From positions 88,476,001 to 88,540,000 of the forward strand of contig NC_045697.1 in assembly GCF_009834535.1 (NCBI RefSeq): a stretch of 64,000 nucleotides of DNA. The letters are read 5' to 3'. Origin of the DNA: Camelus ferus (taxonomy: Eukaryota). Positions 1 through 11,133 of the stretch are shown here, in pieces. Position numbers and translations under genes: made by a program. The notes below the pieces were generated by a model. The model did not search any database, was not told the origin of the DNA, and worked only from the letters and a program-made list of their open reading frames with translations. How positions within the stretch are numbered: the stretch's first letter is position 1; each line of letters starts with the position of its first letter.

Positions 1-809
1 CAATCAATACAACTTCTCAAAATAGCAGGAAGAAATCCTTTTAGTTTTCCTTGGAATTGAAAGAAGAAAAGGGCAGGACATATATGTACCAACTTCTGAA
101 AATTGTTTCCTGGGAAATATGAAACATGTTTATTTCAGAATATTAAAAATAAAGTGTCTACAGATGAAACAAATGTGATCCAGAAATACTTAATGTGAAA
201 ATGGAAATCATAATTCTGAGCAAATGAGTACACCATCCACATTGCTCACCAGCGGAAGCAGGTGCGGGAGGGGGTGGTTAGAAAGAGGGGGCAAAAGTGT
301 GGTGCTACAGGAGAGAAAACTATTTTCTGCTTGCTTCTCAGTTGTAAAGTCATTGTTCTGATGCAAAGATTCTCATCACAGCATCTTGGAATGACACAGA
401 AGCAGTTGCTGAAGAAACTTAAAGCCTGAAAATTAGAGAAAGATGGAAAACTTGAGGACCACACAAATAGAAAGGAAATAGTGAGTTCTGTGGTTACAAG
501 TATTTAGTGGCAGGCATTTTGCTGAGAAAATTAGAAGCCACTCCCTGCCCACCCTTGAGAATAGAATTAATAAAATATGTTATTAATAGACACAACTGAA
601 AAACTTGTAAAACTTCAGAAAATGAAGAATCTTGCTCAGAGATCATTCACCTAGCAACACCAGGAAGAGAGAGAGAGAGACACTTAATTTTAACTTACTA
701 AAGAAGAAATTAGAAATCAGAACCCCACACCATTTTAGCTGAAGTTTGTGGTATATAATTTTTCTTATGTTAACTGTGCAGTAAAATCTGTGTAGTTCTC
801 TTTTCATTG

Positions 810-1230
810 TGTGCTGCTCAGGGGCCAGACGATATTCAGATGGCACACTCAGAAGGGATAACTGAAGAGAGTTTTATAAAGGGACTATTTATGAAGTGTG
901 GTAAGGACCAGGGGAACCGACACTGCATGGTTAAGCGCCCCAGTACTGGTACCAGCTGGGCAGTTACCAGACCCATTGAGAAGAGTAGTTGTCGGAGAGT
1001 GGCTACCCAGCAGGAGGCATGACTCTAATTAGAAAAAAATCAGCTGGTGCCGGACCAAGTGTTGACAGGGAGGCAGACTACGGAATAAATATCCAATGGG
1101 TCTCTCTTCCTCCCATCTCTTACCTGTGCCTCCTATTGCATAAACCCCACTAGGATCCAGAAGGAAAGAGGATATGGTTGATGTAGTAAATAGAAATGAG
1201 AACACCCAGTGCTACAAGAGGGTGTGACAG
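810..1230. mobile_element. Old LTR relic (MaLR/ERVL class, family uncertain)
   Basis: Motifs 'cagatggcacactcag...gagagttttataaagggactattta' and 'cctcctattgcataaaccccactaggatccagaagg' resemble ancient eutherian LTR consensus from memory; boundaries approximate. Confidence 0.4.
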
Positions 1231-3961
1231 AGGAGAACCTGGTCACGTGCAAAAGCATTGTGGTAGTTTTCATGTCTTGAATTAAGACACGGTGGGTGAG
1301 GGAAATCCCATGAGATCAAGAGTCTGGTACTCAGAACCTGTAAACCCAGTCATCAGCAATTTTTATAGAAAATTTGCTTTAACAAGACTAATTTCTTCCT
1401 AGATGTATGTCAATATTCATGGGGCATTTTTTATGCCCTACAAAAATCAGAATTTGGCTTTAAGTATTCTGGGAAAAAACTTTCAGTTCTGAGATTTTTT
1501 TTCACCTTGACTAGTCTAGAAAAATATTAATCTGATTGCTTAAAAAATACATATATATTTGAGCCAATAGAAGCTGTCATTTAGACAATTGGAGAGAAGG
1601 AAAGTTAGAGTAGAGGAAGGAAACTTTTAAAACTATTATGAAGTAATCTCTGAGGCCCCACATATATGCACACATGTATTTTTGTGCATAATTAAGAGTG
1701 TTTAATCAGGCCCTCTACCCAAAAGAGACTTTACTTGGAAAGTACAGTCTGTTCACACTTAATATCCTTTAGAAGGTAAAATGTGGCAAAAAGTTTTGTA
1801 TGAAGAATAGAGACATAGGCACCACTATCTTGGGGGAAAAAAATCTTTTTACTCTTGTAAAGACTACGTATTACCTTATCAGCAGTTTCCAAAACACACA
1901 CAAAACTCCCTGAGAAATCATAGTGTGGCCGTCTAAATCAATCTCACTGTAGAAGATGATAGAACATTCTGTCAGTCACTTCCAGAAGTGAGAAATTTCA
2001 CAGAATACATGAAATGAGCTTTTCCTTCCTTTTCTGTTCTGATTCTAGGCTCAGGTTAATAAGAGATGAGTGCACGAGACAACCTGAGTCATGCATCTTC
2101 CCTGCACTCATCACTTTCAGATGATTCTTGACTATTTGATAGAGAAGTTTGATCATTTCCAACCAGGGAGATACATAGAACGAGCTTCTATGCTGTGTCC
2201 TGATGCCCTCTCAGCAGTTCCACAGGGCTCTCTACTTTCTTGCTTAGTTGGAGCAGAGGCTTGGAGATCTCTTTCTACCTGACAACAGCAAAGGGCAGTA
2301 CTCACTTCCATGTCTTCACAATGTACCTGGCACAATTTGAGTCTTACAGGTCTGGACACTTGCAGAAGAAGATTGAACGTAACAGTCTTTTCCTGGAATT
2401 CATAATGTTTCAGGTGTTGGCCTCTTGTCTACCCCCTAAAGAAGTCATCTCATTGGTCTCCTCCTGTGCACGGCCACCTCAGTAATATGCTGTAGACTCA
2501 GGCTGACTTGCTTTTCATGCATGAAGTGTGTATAGTTATATAAAAATATCATCTACTGTTAACTAGTAATAGCCTGGTATCTGAACTGATGCCATATCAG
2601 AGCATGGAAGGGAAACAGGACCGCTAGTTTACTTTCAGTCTAACCTCAGCTTAAAAGAAATCACTATGAATTATGTATCGATATGTAGGTGCAGTAGAAA
2701 ATAATAATCATAACATTAAAGGCTGGAAGGGTTGAGGCTTTATTATTCCAGGACCTGAAAAGAATCACCTGTAATCTGTCACCTGTTTCTCTACACAGGG
2801 AAGGGAGGTGGTTAAGGCATGCGTTGCACGTGTCTGAAAGTTGTGATTCCAAACCACACACGTTCCGCCAAACACATGACATCGGCGGGGAACCCCGGGC
2901 TCCACAGCTCTCCCTGCTGAACTCCGGCAGCTTTCCCACATAATAACTTGGAAAGCACATGCTCTGAAGAGCAAAGCATAGGCATCCTTAAACATACCAG
3001 CTTTTACCAAAGAGGCATCCAATGAAGGTTTTATTTATTTGGAAGGGCAGTGTAACTAGAGGGAAAACACAGAGCTGGGAGCAAGGCATGCCCATGTGGA
3101 TAGCTACCTCCCCTTCTGGTTAGAAAGATGTGGGATGTGCAGGCAGCTTGCATGTGATGAGGAGAGTAAGTTCATTAGCAAATAAACTCCTAGAGTCTTT
3201 GTCAAGCATTTATGAGCGCCATTAAAGCCGTTAGTGTTTTTTTTACATGACATTTTATTGCTTTCATTCTTATTCAGGTTCTCATAATTAATGAATAATA
3301 TGAGAGAGCAAATCTCCTGACCCTCTTTCAGTGACACTTCCGCTAGCCTCAGTACCAGTCTATTTACATATTTACAAAGAGACAGCAAACATTTTAAAAT
3401 GCAAATCAAATTCTTCAGGACTTGTAAGTGCAAGCCAGTCCAAGAGAGAACTGGGGAATCTGGAGGGGAGTTTTGCTTATTTGGAATTTCTCACCTTCAA
3501 CTCTCTGTCTTTATAAGCCAATGGAAAGTCACATTGTCTTTATTCCCTCAAAAGCATGACATCTGATTATTCCTGTGGCTGTCATAAAGTAATGATATGT
3601 TTAAGAGACAGAATTGAAAATGGAAATTATTCAGTGTGTCACATGGTGAAAGAGAAGTAAACAAAAGACAAGTTAAATGCTCAGTAGATTAAGATCGTTT
3701 TTTGAGAATTTGGGTGGATGATAATGTAAAATTTAAGTAAAGAATCTGCAAATACATTTGTTGTTGTTTGTGTGTTTGTTTTTTAGCATTAGTCCATATA
3801 TTTAGATTTGGGGAAACTGTATTTTATTTTTCTTTCTCTCTCTGTTTCTCTTTCTTGGTGTAACAAATGCTTCAAGTCTTAAATATAGTAGAGAGAGCCA
3901 ACCTCATCTTTAACGTTAATATTAATTTTAATGAAAAACAGTTTTTATATATCATGTGTCT

Positions 3962-4138
3962 TTTTAAAAAAACCCTCTTTTTAAAAATTTAGTCTTTTTT
4001 GAGGAGTAATTAGTTTCATACATTTTATATATTTTTTAAAATTTTCTATTTTTTTAGTTTCAGTGGAGATACTGGGGATCGAACCCAGGACCCTGTGCAT
4101 GTTAAGCACCCACTCTTCCACTGAGCTACACTCTCCCC
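3962..4138 (-). mobile_element. tRNA-derived SINE (Vic-1-like, camelid)
   Basis: Minus strand reads ggggagagtgtagctcagtgg (A box)...cctgggttcgatccccagt (B box), followed by an A-rich tail; homologous to the copies at 35638 and 38286. Confidence 0.85.
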
Positions 4139-4514
4139 TTCACATCGTGTCTTAATTTAGTACATTGCACTGGACGCATAGTTTTGATGTAGTGTGTCTT
4201 ATTCTAAAAGCCTTAGCACTTACCAAAGAGAGTAGGTGAGAAAGCCAGCTATTGATGAGAAAGCAGGAAGGCCAACGCGAATCCCCCTACAGTGATAGCT
4301 CTGAAGACCATGTGCTGACTGACGTCCAGGTGCTAGTCTGCAGAGCTCACCTTATCTGGCTGAGACGTGTTGATTTACTTTTCTCTAGAATCTGTCCCAG
4401 CTCACTTGCCTTCCCCCCATCCTTAGCACGTATTTCAGATTACCTGTGAAGGACTGTATTAAGAAAACACCATGATTTAAACAATGGTGACAACAACCTT
4501 TAAATTAAAGTATA

Positions 4515-4770
4515 ACTAATAGAGTAGAGTGGACCACCTTTATGAATTGTTACAACTATGTAACCACCACCCAGATCAAGATAATGCATCCACAAATCCT
4601 GAAGTTCCCTTGAGCGTCCTCACGGTCAGTGTTCCCAGAAAATAACTGCTCTCTGATCTCAGCCTTCGTGAAATTGTTCTGCCTGCGTTTGAATTTTATA
4701 CGAATTGAATCATACTGTCAGTATTCTTCTATATCTGGTATTATTTGCTTAGTATTATGTCTGTTAGATG
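4515..4770 (-). mobile_element. Ancient L1M 3' UTR fragment
   Basis: 'tgtaaccaccacccagatcaagata...ttctgcctgcgtttgaattttatacgaattgaatcatactg' is typical of the antisense L1MB-L1ME 3' end. Confidence 0.65.
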
Positions 4771-5159
4771 ATCTTTAGGAGCCATCATCTGCCCCAGTTT
4801 TAAAATGTAACTGAACTTAAATACACTATTCTAATTTTTCTGAAAGCGTCAAATGTGAGTCACAAAACCACTACAGAAAGACTGTGCATTTAGCTGTAAG
4901 AGGAAATTGATAGTAACCTCACTTTGTAACCGTTAATAGAAAGAAAAACTGCTTGAGACCCTCACATGCACCTACCCACCCCTGTCTCAAGCCCATATTG
5001 CAGAATAAAAACATCTAAGCATCAATTACATCAAAATTCTGGAAAGATCACCTAAGGCTTCAGCTTGGCACAGGCTGAATCATTACAAGTTCTCAATTAG
5101 CTGAAACTTACTGTGATCGAGTGCTTATATAAGGAAAATCTGAACAAAGCTGAGGTGGT

Positions 5160-5670
5160 TGTGATGGTTAATTTTATGTGTCAGCTTGGATGGGCCATAG
5201 GGATTCTCAGATGTTTGGTCAAACATTCTGGGAATGTCTGTGAGGGTGATCATGAGTACGTTGAACATTTGAATTGGTAGGCTGAGTAAAGCAGCTCACC
5301 CTCCCTAGTGCGGTTGGACCTCATTCAGTCAGTGCAGGCCTGAATAGCTCAAAAAGGCTGACCCTCCTGTGAGTGAATGAGAACTTCTGCCTGATGATTT
5401 GATCAGACGTAGGCCTTTTTTACCTTCAGATTCAAACTGAAACATCGGCCCTTCTTGGAGCTCAAGCCTCCCGGCTCTCTGGACTAGAATGACACCATCA
5501 GCTCTCCTGGGTCTCCAACTTACCTACTGGAGCTCTGGGACTCCTTAGCCTCTTTAATCTTGTCAGAAAATTCCTTTTAATCTCTCTCTCTCTCTCCCTC
5601 TCTCCTCTGTCTCCATCTCCACATACACATTCTGTTGGTTCTGTTTACCTAGAGAACCCTGACTAATACA
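5160..5670 (+). mobile_element. MLT2-type ERV-L 5' LTR
   Basis: Starts tgtgatggttaattttatgtgtca and ends ctagagaaccctgactaataca, the characteristic MLT2 termini (TG...CA). Confidence 0.9.
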
Positions 5671-6430
5671 AATTCTGGTACTGAGAATGGTTCTAGAGGA
5701 ACAGAATTTAACGCTGGAGGTTTCTAAATTGATTCTGGGGTTTCTGGTATTGGCTCACTAAACTGATTAGATTTAAAAACACTAATGACTCTCTGGTAGT
5801 AAAGAGAGTACGTGGCACAGCGTGGCAATGGAGACACACCAAACATTACCTAATCAACCACTTACGAGAAGCAAGCATCTGGCTGCTTGTGTAGAGCATA
5901 TAATGAAGATAATGAGATTGGCTGGTTGCTTTTAATGTTACTGGATAAAATAAGGAAAGAAAAGAATAAGCTCAGGGATTTGAATTCTCTGCTACAACAA
6001 TGCACAAATGGTCTGAAAGCTTCTATGTGTGCCATGAAGGAGCTCCTTAGGTCCTGTAGCTTCAGGACTGAAATTATTGAAAATCAAATCCAGAATCTCA
6101 TCCTGTGACTGGTTGAACACAACTTGAATGCCTATCCTTGTAGAGTGTCTACTGTAAAAGTGAGGGCATTGATTGGGAAGAAATAGGATTCTAAAAGTTG
6201 AAATGGGAACATATGGGAAGACTCTGATGAGGCTAGAAAATTGGGCCCCTAAGTTCTGATGAGTCTTTTATGCCAGTGGAAGGGGGCTCTCTACACACCT
6301 CCAATCCCAGGGGGTCAACAATGCATTGTCTACAGAAGCTGTAATGGTCTCCGCTGAGGCAGTTGCCATGCAAATTCCAATGCCACATCTCTTCAGGACC
6401 CACCCCCACCATCCTTCTTAGCTTCTACAG
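5671..6430 (+). pseudogene. ERV-L internal region with decayed gag N-terminus
   Basis: Follows the MLT2 LTR directly ('aattctggtactgagaatggttctagaggaacagaattt'). ORF 5887-6108 (EIGWLLLMLLDKIRKEKNKLRDLNSLL...ENQIQNLIL) resembles ERV-L gag; the frame is broken by stops. Confidence 0.8.
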
Positions 6431-6458
6431 GCTTCTCTGGAGAACCCTGACTGATAGA
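6431..6458 (+). mobile_element. Terminal remnant of the 3' MLT2 LTR
   Basis: 'ctctggagaaccctgactgataga' repeats the end of the 5' LTR ('cctagagaaccctgactaataca'). Confidence 0.7.
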
Positions 6459-7160
6459 AGGGTTGAAATTTTTTGGAAGACTACATATACTATTAGATTG
6501 GCTAGTAATACACTGTAAGCTACAACATCAAAATGATTTCCTAAACAATATTAACACAGAATTACCAAATTGGAATAGAGAAGAAATTATTTTTCTAAAG
6601 AAAAACATAAAAATTATAGTTCAGTATAGGACAAATTAGAAAGACAGAATGAGTCAAAATTAAAACACATATTGGTTCTTTCAGGAAACATCTTTTATGC
6701 AAAGTTGAAATACAGTGGTCCATAGTCAGGGTTGAGGTGAGGTGAATGAAATCACTTGAACAGAATAAAGACTTGCACTGCAAAGGAAGGGCTGAATGTA
6801 ATTTTTTAAAAAAGGAAAATTATTGCTTTTTAAAGAATGAATTCCCACATTTGGAAAATTCTTTAAAAATTAAAATAAACTAAAAAAAAATCCACAGTAG
6901 AGAAGACTTAGACATCTGTATTGAATGGAAAGGTGTCAGTAAATTTAATGGATATTATTTTTTTATCAAGAGACTTTCTCTCTGATAATAGTGTTTAAAA
7001 ACACTACATTTGACCAATTAGAAAGGGGCGCTAGTTTGAATTAAGGAAAAATCTTAATTACAGAATTTTAAAAGTAGACTTTTTTTCCAGGTACAATCAA
7101 ATCAGAGATGAAATTAAGATTAACCAACAATTGGTAACACATGGAAATGTGAAATAATTA

Positions 7161-8022
7161 TGGCAAGACAAGAAAAATTTGAACATAAAAATTTCTCCTC
7201 TGCCCTTTGGCCCCCTCTCTCCCCTCACTGTGTGCTGTGTGTCTGCGTTATGCATGGACCAGACCTCCCCCATCAGCAGGAACACCTGCTCAACCGTAAA
7301 GAGCAGCATCCTCCCAGCATCAACAAGACAGCTCCTTAAAAGGTAGCATTCCTTCCTGATCTTGTAAGGGGTCACATGACCCACCAGGAGGACGCTTAGA
7401 TCTGGTTTATGTAAACTGTCAATAATATGTCATTTGGATGAGAGGTGCCAAGATGGAGGAGTAGACAGACTCACAGCTCACTCTGTCCCACAAACACACC
7501 AAATTGCATCTATAAACCCACTGAATCGCATAGAACTCCTACTGAACTCTGGCCGAGTGTCTCTCACTTAGAAATACAAGAGGATTCTCACAAAATCTGA
7601 TAAACAGCAAGTTTATACTGTATAGCACAGAGAACTATATTCAATATCTTGTAGTAATTTATGGTGAAAAAGAATATGAAAATGCATATACATATGTTTG
7701 TGTATGACTGAAGCATTGTGCTGTGCACCAGAAATTGAAACAACATCGTAAACTGACTACACTTCAAAATATATATATATATATATATACAAATAAATGA
7801 TAATACATCATTTGATGTGCAGTACTTCGTCTCAAAAAACTTAATAGAATAAATAAAACTTTAAAACTTTAAAAAAGAAAAATACTGTGCCTTGATTTCT
7901 AAATGGTGGAGCAGTTCTCAGAGCTTTCTGAGATGCTCTTCCCAGGTTATAATCCTCAAATTTGGCTCAAATAAAATTTTCCATTTCTTTCTTAGATGGA
8001 CTGACTGATTTTTCATCAGCCA
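7161..8022 (+). mobile_element. Solo ERV1-like LTR interrupted by an L1-derived insertion
   Basis: TG start, AATAAA at ~7969 and an end 'ttttcatcagcca'. The LTR sequence resumes after the duplicated target site at 7800-7814. Confidence 0.65.
7437..7799 (+). mobile_element. Bipartite L1 (5' UTR head fused to 3' UTR tail) with 15-bp TSD
   Basis: Head 'gaggtgccaagatggaggagtag...' is L1 5'-end-like; tail from 7600 'ataaacagcaagtttatactgtatagcacag...aactgactacacttcaaaa' matches other L1 3' ends in the window. TSD ataatatgtcatttg (7422-7436) / ataatacatcatttg (7800-7814). Confidence 0.8.
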
Positions 8023-8929
8023 TTCAGAACCAGCCACTCAGGATGGATGCTAGCTATAACTGGGGCAGGTTCCGTGAGTTCCCTGCTCTGCTAGGCAATG
8101 ATTTTTGAGTTGTTTAGGAAAATGTCTGGAAAGCCCTGGAGAAGAAACGGTATCAGAAAAGGGCAAAGGAAAACATGGGGGCTCTAGGCAACCAGAATGA
8201 AAGTACTCAAATATTTTAAATGTTTTGGCCTTATCTGTGGCCAGTGGTTGAGTATCAGCTCTCCCTTGACTTCACTGTTTACATAATCCTTGCTGGTATT
8301 CTCCTCTGGTCGTAGATAAGGAGGAATCTCTAAAGTTGAAACCCTCATTTGTTTTTGAGCACTGAAGTCCTTGAAGGAGTTTATTTACTTAGGTTGAATA
8401 AAACCATTCTCTATAACTATGCGTATTCTTTTTAAGATTATTAGTCTTTTTTTTTTTTTTGCTATGTAATATAAAAAAAAGCAACATAGAAATTTTAGTT
8501 TCTCTGTTAGAAAGTGTTACTGTATATATTTGTATATATTTGATCATTCATTCATTCAAGGATGCATTTGTTCCTGCAACTATTCATGCAGTCACCATAC
8601 TTTGAGAAGAGCATGAATGTCTCTTCAATGTTGTTGTTGTGTTTTTTTTTATATTAATAGCCTACTTTTTCTGATTTATTATATATATAAAATATTTCTT
8701 CAGTTCTTAGACTAGTATTTGCTCCAACTGGAAAATATCTGGGAAACACAGAAAGGATTTGAGAATATAAAAACAAACTCCCCTGCTAACACTTCATGAT
8801 GCTGCCTGGTAGACTTTGAAATGTTTTTAGAATTAAGCTTGTAATTCAAATGAATGTATAATTGTAACTTAGCATTTTGGCATGGGCATTTCACATGACG
8901 TCAAAAACAGCAAAACCATTAATTTAACA

Positions 8930-9240
8930 TCTCATATTTCATAGGATGAATATTTTACCATTTACCTAACCATTCCTTTCATGTTGGACATATGAATTAT
9001 TATAAATAATACTATGATTAGTATATTTGCGCATACATGTGTGCATGCAGTTATGAATATCTACTTAGGAAATATTTTAAATTAGACTTACTGAGAAAGC
9101 ATGATGAAAAATTTAAGAATCTTGACACACATTACAAAATTTATTTCTGGAAAAGTTGTATCACTTTCTATTACCACCAATAGGTTGTGATTTTTCTTGT
9201 CTTACCACATCCTCCCAGGCTATTGCGTATTATTATTAAT
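8930..9240 (-). mobile_element. Ancient L1M relic
   Basis: 'catttacctaaccattcct...ttggacat...aaagttgtatcactttctattaccaccaa' resembles antisense L1ME ORF2 end/3' region. Confidence 0.5.
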
Positions 9241-9439
9241 AAAACTAAAAAAAAAAAAACACTTTTTTTTTTTGTTATGGGATAGTGATGGTTAACCTTG
9301 ATATTTTATAAAGAAGGGTGATTTTTGATGCAGTGTTTTCTTTCATTTCACTATTTTCATTTTTATTCTTACCATTTTCCAAAGCAACTCATCCCTGATC
9401 CTCCTTAGTGTTCAATACAATGATTGGGTTTTCAATTTC

Positions 9440-9570
9440 CCTCAATAGACCTAAGCTCTTTCTAGGTAAGACTATTTTGTAATCTTTGTATTAGCTCTAC
9501 TTCTCCATATCTAGAATATTAAGTACTCAATACATTTGTTTTAAAGAGTGAATAAATGAGTGAATGAAAG
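9440..9570 (+). mobile_element. L2 3' end
   Basis: 'taagctctttctaggtaagacta...gtactcaatacatttgtt...gaataaatgagtgaatgaa' is the L2 terminus with its (TGAA)n tail. Confidence 0.65.
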
Positions 9571-11070
9571 GAGTAGGTTACAAATCATCAAGCAAGTAAT
9601 AAGATGTTTCATACTGTGGTCAACTTTTTTATAGAGTAACATTCTTCCAGGTCTCCAAGTCTTGAAACAGTGAGAGAAAGCTGTGCTGCTTTAACTTCAG
9701 CTAGTTCTTCTGGAATATTTTAAAAGAAAAGAAAATACAATATTTACTTACTACTGCTTTGGAAGATATAAGCACAATATCATTGGGAGGCGGAAAACAC
9801 AGAAACATCGACTCACAAAAATTACAAAGTCTCATGAGAAAAATATTTGCATTCCAAAAAATCTAGAGTAATACTTTAGAGAATGTTACACTTTCAGTGG
9901 AGTGTTTATACTCTTTTGATCCTATTACTTCAGAATACCTGGGTTCAGACTGGAATGCAACTGGCTGCTTTTTATGCTCTTGAGAAAAAACAGCAACCAA
10001 AATAAAAACTCATCTCTGATTTTTACCATGTGTTTTGAATCTTTATTTTCCCCTCAGTAATGACAGTTTGCCCCTCCTTTGCTTCAATCAAATTTAGAAA
10101 TAATGCTTTTCGAATTAGAACTTCCTATTTCACAGTGGACTTGCTATCTCAGTCAGAATTCCTTACAGTTTCGACAGTCACTAAAGCATACTGAGGACAT
10201 TGTGATACCTGGATTTCATTAGGGCACATGAAGGAAGATCATTTGTTAATTTTCATGCAAGTTGCAGTTCTTTGAAACTTGTTATGGGTATTAAATGATA
10301 ATCTTGGGGAAAAGTTCTAATAACAAGATATAGTGAGCATATGTCAAACATTTATATCATAGACTAATGAAGGGAGCAGTAGGATAACAGAGTCAGTTCA
10401 GAGAGGCTACAAGAGAGTAAAACATACAGCCAGTAAAAGAGAAATGGCTGAAATTAGTCATAAGTCATCTAAAATAGATTCAAAACTGGTTACTGCTCTA
10501 CAGGGCAACACAACCACAACCTTTGGGGTTTTTGTTTTTTCCTACTGGATAGAAAGCAGCTGCAGCTCTATATTTGTTAACATTTATTTGCAACTTATCC
10601 ATTCTCTACAAGTTAAAAATCTAACGTCACAAAATCTGAGCTCTAAAAATAGTCAAGTAGTAAGTCATACTAAGTTGCATTTTCTTAGAGCATCTGATGA
10701 CCCTCAGGTGGCATTGCTAGAGAATGCTGGATATTGAAAACAACACAGAATCTTCTTGCCCTATTTCCAGGTTTGGGGTAAGTTTTATAACATAGGAATT
10801 AGATGGAGATATATATATATATATATGGATATATATCGCCAGCCATATGAGAAGTGACCCTATACTCACCTTTGATAAAAAAGGTATTTTCAATTATGCT
10901 TCATCTTTTGTCAAATACCTTTTCTTGTCTTTTCCCCATTTCTCTATTCTTTACCTTTTTAATAATCAAATGGTAAAGATTTTTGATGTATGCTGGGGCT
11001 CTTTATTTTTTGTTGATTAAATGTAGCTTGTCTTTTCACTATTTCCTTAATAGCATTGTTTGACCAGAAA

Positions 11071-11133
11071 CCTTTTATTTTGAAATAATTTCAAAGTTAC
11101 AGTAAAGCTACAAGGAGAGCACAATGAGCTCCC
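11071..11133 (-). mobile_element. Very short L1MC/MD-type 3' terminus
   Basis: 'ttttattttgaaataatttcaaagttacagtaaagctacaaggagagcacaatgagctccc' resembles the antisense extreme 3' end of old L1. Confidence 0.55.

Noticed and set aside
5887..6108. Domesticated Fv1-like gag gene
   Set aside because: Only 73 codons with a non-ATG start, stops on both sides and the rest of the provirus deleted.
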